DNA of 64,000 bases from the NCBI GenBank assembly GCA_963699755.1, contig CAVOVB010000001.1, positions 1,216,001-1,280,000 of the forward strand. The letters are read 5' to 3'. Numbering within the stretch: position 1 is the stretch's first letter; each line of letters starts with the position of its first letter. This document shows, one piece after another, positions 16,939-27,294 of the stretch. The DNA comes from an uncultured delta proteobacterium (GTDB lineage Bacteria; Myxococcota_A; Polyangia; Polyangiales; Houyiibacteriaceae). The notes below the pieces were generated by a model. The model had not been told where the DNA came from. It was given only the letters and a program-made list of their open reading frames with translations, and did no database searches. Both the position numbers and the translations under genes were made by a program.

Positions 16939-18357
16939 TCAACCTTGCAATGGCCGCGCGGCGGGTTGTTCTTCTCGTGTAGCGGCAAGCTTTTTGTATT
17001 CCTCGAATGCCGCTTCGAGATGCTCGACGAACTCGTGCACGTCGGGAAAACCTTCCCAATCAGCATTGAAGCCCCAGTGCAGCCCACCATTGTAGCTGAA
17101 CAGGGCAATCCCGAGGTTCTGGGTCGGCGGGATGGGAACCAGAGGAAACATGGCCTTCACCTCTGCGCCTAGCATGTGAAGGGGAAACGGCGGACCCGGG
17201 ATGTTGGTCACCACGACGTTGTAGGCGTGTCGTCGGATAGCCTCGCGCGAGATGTCCAAGATGAGGCGCTTGGTCGTCAGGTCGGCGACGTCTTCGAGGA
17301 GCTCTGCGCCTGCCGTCTGATTGGACTCCTTCTTCAGCTTGGTCGTGACGAGGATGACCTTCTCGAGGCGCTCGATGGGATCAGGCTCTGATACGGGGAG
17401 CTCTGCGAGGAGCATCGCGACCCGGTTTCCGGTCGTTCCACCGCCAGCCTTGCGCGTGTTGACAGGAAGAAACGCCCGAAAGCCCGTCATCGAATCTACA
17501 TCGATGTTGCGGGCTTCGAGGAAACGTCGGATGGCGGCCGTCGTCGTCGCGAGCACGACATCGTTGATGGTGCCACCCAGCGCGTTCTTGATCGCCTTGA
17601 CCTCGTTGAGATCGAACGAGGTCCAGTCGAAACGACGATACGGGCTGATGTCGGGGGCGGTGAACGGGCTGCTCGGACCGGCCTTCATTCCGGACTGGAG
17701 GACACCGACCACACCTCGGAAATTGTTCCGAATGCGCGGTCCGAAGTGAGAAAGCTTTCGCAGGCCGTCCATGCGGTGCTTGACCTCGGCTCGAAGAAGT
17801 TGGGTGCGGCTCGGAGCGCGACGTGGCGTCCACGCTTTGGGCTCTTGCTCTGTCGCCACCGGCGTCATTTGGAGCAACGCCTCGATGAGCCCCACACCCG
17901 CCACGCCATCGACCATGCAGTGATGCGCCTTGCCAATCAGAGCAAACTGGTCGTTTTCGATGCCTTCGACGATCCAAAACTCCCAGAGCGGCCGGCTTCT
18001 ATCGAGGCGCTGTGAGAACAAGCGACCCACCAGGCGCTTGAGTCTTCGCTCGTCGCCAGGAAGCGGGAGCCTCGTATGGCGAAGGTGGAAGTTGATGTTG
18101 AATCGATCGTCGTCGATCCAGACCGGATGACGGAGCCCTGGCACCCACGCTAGCCGTTGTCGATACCGTGGCATCGTATCGAGCGCAGTCAACGTGTACT
18201 TGGTGATGCGCTCCATATCGAGCCCGCCGTGCTCCAGCGTGAGCGGTTTCGCATCGAAGAGAAGCGCTGCGCCCACGTGCATGGGCGCGGTCTCGCTCTC
18301 GAGGTCCAAAAAGATCGCGTCCAGCGCGCTCAGACGTTCGTAGAATGCGTCTGCCAT
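16939..18357 (-). CDS. WS/DGAT acyltransferase (copy outside the island)
   Basis: HHCMVDG; colinear close homolog of 11259-12689. Confidence 0.93.
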   Translation of the reverse strand: MADAFYERLSALDAIFLDLESETAPMHVGAALLFDAKPLTLEHGGLDMERITKYTLTALDTMPRYRQRLAWVPGLRHPVWIDDDRFNINFHLRHTRLPLPGDERRLKRLVGRLFSQRLDRSRPLWEFWIVEGIENDQFALIGKAHHCMVDGVAGVGLIEALLQMTPVATEQEPKAWTPRRAPSRTQLLRAEVKHRMDGLRKLSHFGPRIRNNFRGVVGVLQSGMKAGPSSPFTAPDISPYRRFDWTSFDLNEVKAIKNALGGTINDVVLATTTAAIRRFLEARNIDVDSMTGFRAFLPVNTRKAGGGTTGNRVAMLLAELPVSEPDPIERLEKVILVTTKLKKESNQTAGAELLEDVADLTTKRLILDISREAIRRHAYNVVVTNIPGPPFPLHMLGAEVKAMFPLVPIPPTQNLGIALFSYNGGLHWGFNADWEGFPDVHEFVEHLEAAFEEYKKLAATREEQPAARPLQG

Positions 18358-18513
18358 GGTGGCTTGACGAGAATACCCGCCTGCCACGAACCTGGGAAGG
18401 CCCAACCCAACCCGACGGGACAGCTCGGGCCAGCCTCTGGCGTGATGTCGACATGAGAGCTATGTCGCTCGGCGAGCTTGCGCGCCGCAGCCTGCGAAAC
18501 CGTTCAATGAGAG

Positions 18514-19536
18514 ATGCGCCAAATGAGCTGGTATCGAATTAAGACCGCACTCGTCGGGCTCAAGCGATTGGCAGAGCTGACGGAGGAGGACAAGCAAGCT
18601 TGCATCGATGCCTACAAGTTCTTTCAGGGAATGCAGGATGGCGCGCCAACCGAGACAGCGGATGAAACGAAAGCAGTCGCGGACTACTACAAGGTCCTGA
18701 ACAATCTGCTCTCGGTGTTCGACCTGGAGAAGCTCTATATCCCGCCGCAGCTCGACGAATCTCAGGGATTGTATGGGAATCAGCTCTTGGTGGAGCAGGC
18801 TGTATTGAAGGAGCTAGGTCTAGAAGACCCTAGGAGATCGCACCTCTTGGACATGGGGTGCGGGAGGGGGAGGGTCTCTCACCACTTCGCCACGCTGACG
18901 GGCGGTCAGGTGTCCGGATACAACATCGATCCCAACCAGATTGAGAACGCGATCGACTGGGCGGCGGAATGCGGAATGAGCGATCGGCTTCACTTCAAGG
19001 TGGGCAACCATCACGCGCCACTGGAGTACGACTCAGGAATCTTCGATGGATGCTTTTCCTTTCAAGCGGTCTGGCCGTTTTTCAAGAAAGAAGAGCTCGA
19101 CGCCCATGCGGAAGAAATGTTCCGTGTGTTGAAGCCTGGTGCCCGATACGCGTGCTCTGAGTACCTATTGACGCCGCATTTCGACTGGGAGAACGAAGAG
19201 CACGTGCGCCTGCACAAGGCGTTCTTGCCAACGCTCGCTGCGACTCAGTCCATGTATCCAGCGGATGTGTGCGCCGCCCTCGAAAGGGCGGGTTTTGCGA
19301 TCGTCCTTTCAGCTCCCTCGAAGAGGCCGGCCTGGCCGATTTGTGAGCAGAAGAGGGATTTGATTCTCGGCGGGCGAAAGATCATCAGGGCGCTCGAAGC
19401 AATTCGCATTTTGCCCCCCTGGGTCGAAGAGTCGCTCGAGCTTCTCCAAAGCGGTGGTCAGGCATGGACCGATGCGGAAAAGGCCAAAATTGCGGATTTG
19501 AACTGGAGAATCGTCGCGGAGAAGCCCCTGGTCTAA
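18514..19536 (+). CDS. Class I SAM-dependent methyltransferase (sterol/tocopherol MT-like)
   Basis: LLDMGCGRG motif I, FDGCFSFQA, MFRVLKPGARY. Confidence 0.8.
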   Translation: MRQMSWYRIKTALVGLKRLAELTEEDKQACIDAYKFFQGMQDGAPTETADETKAVADYYKVLNNLLSVFDLEKLYIPPQLDESQGLYGNQLLVEQAVLKELGLEDPRRSHLLDMGCGRGRVSHHFATLTGGQVSGYNIDPNQIENAIDWAAECGMSDRLHFKVGNHHAPLEYDSGIFDGCFSFQAVWPFFKKEELDAHAEEMFRVLKPGARYACSEYLLTPHFDWENEEHVRLHKAFLPTLAATQSMYPADVCAALERAGFAIVLSAPSKRPAWPICEQKRDLILGGRKIIRALEAIRILPPWVEESLELLQSGGQAWTDAEKAKIADLNWRIVAEKPLV

Positions 19537-19671
19537 TCTGCCGTGGAGCTTGCGCCGATTCCGCTCTTGTGCGTGCCGGGCGGCGTCGGATGGATCTCCG
19601 GAACGCGCTCAACTTCCGCTTGGCTGGGCCAAAAATTTGCACCCAGGATCGTCCTGGGCATATCTGCCCTT

Positions 19672-19983
19672 ATGGACACCAAGACGATCAAGACCGCACC
19701 GAGGTCCGAATCCAAACGGTCGACGAACCGGAAACCAGCGAGCAGCGTCGCAGCTGCTGGCACAGCATCAAACCGATCATCTACAAACGCCGTCGGCAGG
19801 AGAAAGCGTAGCAAGCCCGCTCCAGAGCGATCGCCTGCCAGGCCGAACGTGGCGCTCAGCGGACCCCAGCGGGCTCAGCGCATTGCTGAAGCCGCGTACT
19901 TCCTCGCTGAGCAGCGCGCCTTTGCCCCAAATCACGAGCTCGACGACTGGCTCGCCGCTGAACGAAGCCTTTGGGGTTCCTAG
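19672..19983 (+). CDS. DUF2934-domain protein
   Basis: RIAEAAYFLAEQRAF...DDWLAAE after a basic low-complexity N-terminus. Confidence 0.8.
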   Translation: MDTKTIKTAPRSESKRSTNRKPASSVAAAGTASNRSSTNAVGRRKRSKPAPERSPARPNVALSGPQRAQRIAEAAYFLAEQRAFAPNHELDDWLAAERSLWGS

Positions 19984-20149
19984 CCGTGCGATCGTGGCGG
20001 GCACCAATCGGGAACAGTAGAATCCCGACGCCGACCCTGCCGACGTAGTTTCGGGATCGAAAGGCGGGCTGGCCAGGCGCTCAGCCCCAGCCGAGTTTGC
20101 CGATCGGCTGCTCGAACCTCTCCTCTGGAAGTCAAGCTTCGCTACAGAG

Positions 20150-21031
20150 AGATCGCGCAAGAGGAAGCAGTGCCAGAAGACGACGCGAGTGACGCGGCGC
20201 CCATGCCAGCCGCTGCGAGCATCCCTGAAGCCGTGTCGCGTCCTGCCGGAGTTGCGTTCAGATGCCCAAGTGCGCTGACCCCGTCGATCAGCCGACCGCG
20301 AAGAAGAAGTGGCCTTGGATCGTCGCCGCCGCCGCTGCCCTCGTGGCAGGCGCAGTCACTGCGGGCGTCGTCGTTTCACAACGTTCAAACCAAGACTCGT
20401 CGACAAGCGGCGGTTTCGCGGTGAACTGCTGAGTCGAATCACTCAGAGCGCAAGCGTCATCGCTATGCTGCTTGGTACGGTTGCGTCTTTCGCGGCCGGC
20501 TGTGGCGGCGGGACGTCTACGGACGGCCTGAGCATCGAGGCTTCGCTTGCCCCGGGGGATACGCGGTCGGCGCGGGACGGGGCGGTTCGGCCTCGAGCTC
20601 TGCGGCGATCCGTCGAGTGACCTTTGCATGCGAAAAGACGACGTCACGGTGAGCGCCGACTACGGGCCAAGAGCGCGACCGCGGCCGTCACTTTCAACCT
20701 CAGCGCCGCGTGCACCGCACCGCTCTCCTCAGGGCCGGCGTACAGCAACAATCAGTTCGCCAACATAGCTGGCGCTTGCGGGGGCTCGGAATGCGACCCA
20801 TGTGCCTGTCTCCCTCCGGGACTGCTCTGGGAGCAGAGCGTCGACCCGCTCTGTTCGAGCATCATCGTCGGTGCGGAGGACCTCTACTGCCCCGGGGCGT
20901 CCTCGACGCTGATCGATGCCGGCGACGAGCTTCTTCCATACGACCTCAACGACGGCGCACCCGGCAACTTCAACGGGAGCAGCCCCGACATCGGCGGTCG
21001 AGAAGACGGTCCGAACGCCTGCAAACCCTAG
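20150..21031 (+). pseudogene. Frameshifted fragments of a membrane-anchored protein and a secreted lipoprotein
   Basis: Coding-like pieces in shifting frames: KKKWPWIVAAAAALVAG TM tail, FAAGC lipobox, LIDAG...PDIGGRE tail. Confidence 0.5.
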
Positions 21032-21159
21032 CGTGCGACTCCGTTGAACGATAATCGCCGCGAATGATCGCATAGCGAAACGCAATCCCCACACGAGGCG
21101 CAGGACGCCTAACATGGCCTGATGCCGGTGTTCGTCGAGGAAGTCGAGTCAGAGACGCC

Positions 21160-22362
21160 GTGACCCAGAAGTGCCCCGCAAGAGTTCAACGCGTCGACTT
21201 CTGTGCACCGTCGACGCACGACGATCCGTACGAGATGTACGATCACTTCCTCGAACATGAGCCCATCTACTTCGATGAGAAGAACCAGCTCTGGGAGGTC
21301 TTTCGCTACGACGACATCGTCACGATCACGCGTGACACGGAAAGCTTCATCAACGCAGAGGGTGTTCGCCCGGGCATACCAGGCGATCCCGCGATGCTCT
21401 ACCAGGATGGCGAGCAGCACAAGCAGCAGCGCGCGCTGGTCTCCTCCGGCTTTACGCCGCGCCAGATGCGCAAGATGGAGGACCGTGCGCGCGAGATCGT
21501 GAAAGAGCTGGTCGACGAGATGCTCGACCAAGACGAAGTCGACCTCGTCGAGGACCTAGCCGCAGTTCTTCCTGTTCGCCTCATCTGCGACATGCTCGGC
21601 ACGCCGGACGAGAAACAGGAGTCGGTGCGGGAGTGGATCGGTGCGATGATTCCGGGCGGCCAGGGGCCCGACTACGTCACCGACGAGGTCAACGATGCCT
21701 TCGCGCAATTCGTCATGCACCACGAAGAGATGGTCCAGGCCCGACTCGCTGCCGGCTGCACGGGCAGCGATATCTTGACCATCTGGATGAATGCGGAAAT
21801 CAATGGGCAAAAGCTCGACGAGTCGCAGCTTCTGTTCGAGCATGCCTTGCTCAACGCTGGCGGAGCAGAAACGACCCGCAACGCGATCGCGGGCGGACTC
21901 GAGCGTCTCTCGAATGACCCGAAGCAGTACGACGCCCTCTACGAGGAACCGTCGTTCATCCCCAACGCGGTCGAGGAGATCATTCGCTGGGTGTGTCCGT
22001 TCGTCAACATGTATCGGACAGCCGCATGCGACTACGAGCTTCACGGCAAGGTCATCAAGGAAGGGCAGCAGGTCGGGCTCACCTATGCAGCCGCCAATCG
22101 CGACCCTCGCAAGTTCGAGGACCCGCATACCTTCGACATCTTCCGCGACTTCTCGAAAGGGGCGAAGCACCTATCGTTCGGCCTTGGGCCTCACTTCTGC
22201 TTGGGGGCTTCGCTTGCCCGCTTGGAAGTGCGTCTTTGCCTCGAGGAAATGACCAGACGTGTCAAGACGATCCGAATCCCGGAGGGCAGGGCGGTCGAGT
22301 ACATGTCCTCGTCCTTCACTCGTGGTCTCGCCAAGTTTCCGGCGGTCCTCGAAGCCCGCTAA
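21160..22362 (+). CDS. Cytochrome P450 (resembles CYP142/CYP125 steroid/lipid-oxidising group)
   Basis: AGGAETT I-helix, EEIIR, AANRDP, FGLGPHFCLG heme motif. Confidence 0.93.
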   Translation: MTQKCPARVQRVDFCAPSTHDDPYEMYDHFLEHEPIYFDEKNQLWEVFRYDDIVTITRDTESFINAEGVRPGIPGDPAMLYQDGEQHKQQRALVSSGFTPRQMRKMEDRAREIVKELVDEMLDQDEVDLVEDLAAVLPVRLICDMLGTPDEKQESVREWIGAMIPGGQGPDYVTDEVNDAFAQFVMHHEEMVQARLAAGCTGSDILTIWMNAEINGQKLDESQLLFEHALLNAGGAETTRNAIAGGLERLSNDPKQYDALYEEPSFIPNAVEEIIRWVCPFVNMYRTAACDYELHGKVIKEGQQVGLTYAAANRDPRKFEDPHTFDIFRDFSKGAKHLSFGLGPHFCLGASLARLEVRLCLEEMTRRVKTIRIPEGRAVEYMSSSFTRGLAKFPAVLEAR

Positions 22363-22373
22363 TCTGGAAATCG

Positions 22374-24320
22374 TCACTCCACGTTGCGTTCGATGAACCG
22401 GAGCAGCGGCCTGATCACGTTGTTGGTCTCGTCGTCCTCCGCGGAAACGATGTCGACGTGGCTGAAGCCCTCCGACATGAACACCTCGAAGCCGCCTGCC
22501 GCATCGCCAAAGGTCGGGAACGCAGTGCTGGGCTGCCCACGGTCGACCACGCGCGGGGTACTGCCATCGCAGCTCGGCGCGGTGCAAGGTGCAAGCGAGT
22601 CCGCGTAGCCGAGCATCCGTCCTGGCGCCGGTACCAATCCGTTGCTGCCACCAAAGGCGATGACCGGAATGTTCACCTTGCGCGCCTGGGTCATGTTCTC
22701 GATGTCACTGCGGCCGCGCCCCAATGGCGGTGGCGCAGAGAGCGGCGTGGTGTCGAGACCCATGCCCGAGACGACCCCCAGCCCGGAGCTGGGATAGTAC
22801 CAATCTGAAAAGTTGGTTTGCCCTCGGTAAAACGAAGGCATCATGTGTCCTTCGAGATCGGTGGACTCTACCTCGGTGCCCCAGGGGCGGGCCTCGGCGA
22901 GCTCGGTTGGCCGAGGCCCGTTGTCCGTCAGGACTTCGGCTGGCATCTCGTCCCCGTAGTTCAGCCAGGTGCGCACGCCCTCCACTGTCGGACCGATTGC
23001 CCCGAGCGAGGTCGCGACGAAGCTCGCGAGGTTTGCCGCCGCGCCATCGTCGTCCAAGAACAGGCCGATCAGCGCAACCGAGGTGGCCGGCTCGGTCCCC
23101 AGCAAGATCACGAGTGCTGCCAGCTCCGGCACCTTCGCCACCGCATTGTTGCCTTCGATGCCGTTCTGATCGGCTTGCAAAATCGAGATCCCGCTGTCGC
23201 CCTTGAGGTCACCCTCGAGCGCCGCCACCTCCGACACCGCCAGGAGCTCGGGCGATAGGAGGCCGGCCACGACGGAGTATGCGGTCACCGGCCCGCATGA
23301 GGTGTTGGGGTCGAACTCCGCGCAGTCGTCCGCCCGCGTTGCAGCGGTGCAGGGCGTCAAGCCATCGATACAGCGGGGCTCTTGGCTGCGCACAGCTTCG
23401 TAGAGCCCACCGTCGAACCGCGCTTCGATTCGGTCCAGCTGTTCTTCACTCGGGGCTTCCGCGGGCAGGCTGCCACCGCCCCCTTCGAGCAAGACCAGGC
23501 CGCGGAGCTTTGCGTAGCCGGGTTCGGGGTCCCCGCCAGCCAGGTTGAAGTCCGTTGCGGCGTAGCGCGCCGTGAAGCCCGTTCCGGCGGAGTGGCCGCC
23601 GAGGAACACATTGGCGTTGCGCGCGGCGCTCCGAGCCGCCTCCACCACGGCATCGATGTCTTGCGAGTGCACAAGCGACGTCCATTGCGCCATGAACGCG
23701 AGGTCATCCCCGGTATTGTAGAAGATCGAGCGGCGGTTGAGCGTCGAGGCCAAGGTCGGGTGCATTTCGAGCTCGAGCTGCTCACCGAACAAGAAGTCCA
23801 AACCGAGCGAAGGGTCCTGCTCCTGCTCCGCCAGGTCGAGCCCAGCCGTGTCCTCCAACTGGTTCGAGCGCCGATCGACCGCCCAGACTTCGACCACCAT
23901 GGACGCCTCGTCCTTGGCGCGCCGAATCAGGCTCTCCGCGAGCACCGCAAACGTCGAAGCGCCGCCTTCGAAGCCCGGGACCAAGACCAGGATGGCATCG
24001 GGCTGGCTCTCGGCTTGGTCGGAGAGGTGGTAGCGCGTGTAGCGCGCTTGGTTGAGATCGAGCTCAGCGCTGCCAAACATTGCGATGAGCTTCGGGTTGG
24101 TCACCGTCACCCCTGGGCTGCCAGGCGTCTGTGCGGGCTTTGCATCGCTCGGCAGATCCACGGTCTCGAGCTCGAGCACGGAGCTCCCCGACTCGCCGGT
24201 GTCGCCCTCGCAGGCCGTCAGAAACAAACAGGCAGTCAGAAAGAAATAGGCCCCCCGAACCGAAAATGGCGTGGCGAGGGCAAGAGCATGGGCTTGGGCG
24301 GTCGATGACATCGGGTTCAC
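22374..24320 (-). CDS. Alpha/beta-hydrolase lipoprotein
   Basis: Lipobox LTAC, VPGFEGG oxyanion loop, GHSAG nucleophile, C-terminal SHVD. Confidence 0.78.
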   Translation of the reverse strand: MNPMSSTAQAHALALATPFSVRGAYFFLTACLFLTACEGDTGESGSSVLELETVDLPSDAKPAQTPGSPGVTVTNPKLIAMFGSAELDLNQARYTRYHLSDQAESQPDAILVLVPGFEGGASTFAVLAESLIRRAKDEASMVVEVWAVDRRSNQLEDTAGLDLAEQEQDPSLGLDFLFGEQLELEMHPTLASTLNRRSIFYNTGDDLAFMAQWTSLVHSQDIDAVVEAARSAARNANVFLGGHSAGTGFTARYAATDFNLAGGDPEPGYAKLRGLVLLEGGGGSLPAEAPSEEQLDRIEARFDGGLYEAVRSQEPRCIDGLTPCTAATRADDCAEFDPNTSCGPVTAYSVVAGLLSPELLAVSEVAALEGDLKGDSGISILQADQNGIEGNNAVAKVPELAALVILLGTEPATSVALIGLFLDDDGAAANLASFVATSLGAIGPTVEGVRTWLNYGDEMPAEVLTDNGPRPTELAEARPWGTEVESTDLEGHMMPSFYRGQTNFSDWYYPSSGLGVVSGMGLDTTPLSAPPPLGRGRSDIENMTQARKVNIPVIAFGGSNGLVPAPGRMLGYADSLAPCTAPSCDGSTPRVVDRGQPSTAFPTFGDAAGGFEVFMSEGFSHVDIVSAEDDETNNVIRPLLRFIERNVE

Positions 24321-24486
24321 TCCGGATGCTGGGGAACGAGCCGGGAGCCTGGCACAGCCAGGTCGAAAACGGAAGTGCGGCCCGCAATCGAAGACCTCGA
24401 CCGCGCGAGCGATGTCGCCGACGAGGACGCTTGGCGCACTTCGCCATTGCGACTATCGTCCCCGTTTCAACCGGTGAGGTACTGAT

Positions 24487-27228
24487 ATGCGACGGCTTGA
24501 TTTCTTGGTGGTTGGCTCTTTCGTTCTGCTCGTTGCGCTTGCGGGCGTCGGATGCGGCAGCGATGAAAGCAGCAGCACGAACAGCGGCGGGAGCGGCGGC
24601 GCTACAGGGGGCGCTGGAGGTGCCGGAGGCGGCAATGGCGGCGCAGGAGGCAACGGAGGCGGGACTGTCGAGGGCTGGCCTCCAAGCGCAACCGTTTACT
24701 TCGACGAGCGCGGCGTCCTGGCTGCGGACTGCGCGACCGACGCCGACTGCATCAAGGTGCTCGGGTACTATCACGCGTTCAATCGTTTCGTGCAGATGGA
24801 GTTCCGGCGGCGTCTGACGACTGGTCGGCTCTCTGCTCTCTTGCCGAAGCTGCTTGCTCCGCTGGTCGGCGTGACCGACTTCGACGCCGACCAACGGCAG
24901 CTCTTCTCGACGCGCGACGGCGTGCCGATTGAAGAATACTTCTTGGAACAGGTCTCGCCCGAGCTCCTCGAGATTCTCGAGGCGTACGCGGTAGGCGTGA
25001 ACCAGTGGATCCGGGACGTTCAGACCGGCGCCAACGGCGCGAAGTTTCCTCGAGAGCTAACCAATGGACTTCTCGATTACGGCCCTGAGGACATCCCCGA
25101 TTGGACCCCACAAGATACGATATCGGTGTCGATGCTGCTCTTCGAGCAGCTGTCCAATAGCTATTCGGCCATCGTCAGGACGGGAGAGTCGCGCGCGCGA
25201 ATCGACGATGACACGCTCTTTTCCGACCTTTATGCCAGGCGGCCCATCAAAGAGTCTTCGATCCTCGAAGCCGGGACCTTTCCGCCGCCGGCGATGCCCC
25301 TGGCCGTGCCGAAGAGCCTTCAGCGCTGGGCCTCATCGCGGCCCCTCGACGCAGGGCCGGCGCTTCGCGCGCTTCGTGAGAAGCTCGACAAGGCCGACAG
25401 GCTAGGCCCGATCTTCGGGCAGGGGGAGATCGGCAAGGCGATCGGTTCCAACAACTGGATCGTGAGCCCCTCCAATACGACCGCGGGTAATGCGCTTCTT
25501 TCGAACGACCCGCACCTCGGGCTCAGCAACCCGCCGATCTGGTACACGGTGACGCTCGACTCCAAGACCAACGGCACCGGCACGCTCCGAGGCGCGGGTC
25601 ATACGGCTGCGGGTGTTCCCGTCGTCCTCATCGGTCAGAACGAGGACATCGCCTGGGGCGTGACCACCACCAACCTCGCGCTGACGGACGTCTACGTCGA
25701 GGAGCTCGTCGTCGATGAGCAGGGCGCACCCACTGGCGTCCTCTTCAAGGGCGAGGAGGTTCCGTTCCTTCGGAAGACCTTCGCCATCGAGTTCAACGAC
25801 GGCACGACCGAAGATCGTGAGCTTCTCTATGTGCCCCACCACGGCCCCGTTCGTGAACTCGACGCCGAAAACGGCGTTGCGCTGACCTTGAAATGGACAG
25901 TCCAGGACGTCAGCACCGACCTCGAAGGCTATTTCGGCCTCCTGGCTGCCACCAAGGTCACAGAGGCGCAGGCCACCCTGCGCAAGATCACGACCGCCGC
26001 GCAAAACTTCGTGATCGCGGACCGCGACGGCAACATCGGTTGGTTCCCCTACAACAGGGTTCCGAAGCGCACCTGGGCGACCAACCTCGACGGCGGCGCT
26101 GCACCATGGCTGCCCATCTCGGGGGCGGGCGACTACGAATGGGACGAGTACTTTGCCATCGAAGAGCTCCCACAGGCCATCAATCCGACCCGTGGCTTCC
26201 TCGCTACAGCCAACAACGACATGACGGGCGCGCTTTTCGACAACGACCCGACCAACGAAGGGCCACCCTTCCAAGTAGACGCCGCCGCCGGATACCGGCA
26301 TGCGCAGATCGTCCGTCTGCTCGAAGCGGGGGGTAACGCGCACTCAGCGCAGACGATGCTCGATATCGTCGCGAACACGCACTCCTTCATAGGCGAGGAG
26401 ATGACGCCGGCGATCCTCGCGATCGCAAACGACGAGACGACGACCCTTTCGGCCACGGCTCAGAAAGTGGTCAACGCGCTCGAAGCGTGGGATTTCGAGT
26501 GTCCGACGGGCCTCAGCGGAACCAACTCCGAGATGTCGCCGTTCGACACGACGCCGGGCGCTCTGGAGTCGGCTTCGGGATGCGCCGCGTTCCACGTCGC
26601 GCTCCGAGAGCTCAACAGCGCCATCACCCGCGACGAGAACGCACAGGGCAACCCCGATGTCGCCGCGCCGGAAGACACCCGCGTGAACTACGCGGCGTTC
26701 TACTCGATCGTCGACCCCGACCAGCTCGGTGCAGGAGACATCTATTGGGACGACATCGAGACGCCGCAGGTCGAGACGCGTTTCGACATCATGGCGATGG
26801 CCCTCGAAACGGCCGGCGCGTTCCTCGAAGCTGAGCTAGGCGCGGACGAAACCGAGTGGGCTTGGGGACGGCTCCACGGCGCCTTGCTGCGGTCTGACCT
26901 CGATGAGCTCGGCATCGCCCAGTACAACAACCCGGCGTCCGGCGAGTCCGCGTACGCGAATGACGGGGGTCTGTATACCGTGGACGTCGCCAACCCGAAC
27001 TCCGACTATCAGCAAACCGCTGGGCCCTCGACGCGCTTCGTCTGCGAGGCCTTGCCGGCAGGCGTCAGCTGCTCGTTCCAGATCCCCGGCGGCCAGTCCT
27101 CGGACATCGACTCGCCGAACTACGACGACCTCCTCCCGGACTGGCTCATCAATGCGCCCAGCCCGCTGGTACTCGACATCGAGGAGGCCAAGAACAACGC
27201 CGCGCGCACCGTGCCGCTGGGGCAGTAA
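24487..27228 (+). CDS. Penicillin/AHL acylase family Ntn-hydrolase lipoprotein
   Basis: Lipobox GVGC, Gly linker, GSNNW autocleavage site, NDPHL, ATANN, WGRLH, PGGQS. Confidence 0.92.
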   Translation: MRRLDFLVVGSFVLLVALAGVGCGSDESSSTNSGGSGGATGGAGGAGGGNGGAGGNGGGTVEGWPPSATVYFDERGVLAADCATDADCIKVLGYYHAFNRFVQMEFRRRLTTGRLSALLPKLLAPLVGVTDFDADQRQLFSTRDGVPIEEYFLEQVSPELLEILEAYAVGVNQWIRDVQTGANGAKFPRELTNGLLDYGPEDIPDWTPQDTISVSMLLFEQLSNSYSAIVRTGESRARIDDDTLFSDLYARRPIKESSILEAGTFPPPAMPLAVPKSLQRWASSRPLDAGPALRALREKLDKADRLGPIFGQGEIGKAIGSNNWIVSPSNTTAGNALLSNDPHLGLSNPPIWYTVTLDSKTNGTGTLRGAGHTAAGVPVVLIGQNEDIAWGVTTTNLALTDVYVEELVVDEQGAPTGVLFKGEEVPFLRKTFAIEFNDGTTEDRELLYVPHHGPVRELDAENGVALTLKWTVQDVSTDLEGYFGLLAATKVTEAQATLRKITTAAQNFVIADRDGNIGWFPYNRVPKRTWATNLDGGAAPWLPISGAGDYEWDEYFAIEELPQAINPTRGFLATANNDMTGALFDNDPTNEGPPFQVDAAAGYRHAQIVRLLEAGGNAHSAQTMLDIVANTHSFIGEEMTPAILAIANDETTTLSATAQKVVNALEAWDFECPTGLSGTNSEMSPFDTTPGALESASGCAAFHVALRELNSAITRDENAQGNPDVAAPEDTRVNYAAFYSIVDPDQLGAGDIYWDDIETPQVETRFDIMAMALETAGAFLEAELGADETEWAWGRLHGALLRSDLDELGIAQYNNPASGESAYANDGGLYTVDVANPNSDYQQTAGPSTRFVCEALPAGVSCSFQIPGGQSSDIDSPNYDDLLPDWLINAPSPLVLDIEEAKNNAARTVPLGQ

Positions 27229-27294
27229 CAGGAGAGCCCGGTATCATCGGATCATCGATGGACAAGCAGCAGGAAGTCTATATATACTGTATGA

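Noticed and set aside
16938..16950. CAACCTTGCAA resembling the tRNA anticodon arm
   Set aside because: Short, imperfect and coincides with the last codons of WS/DGAT; likely chance
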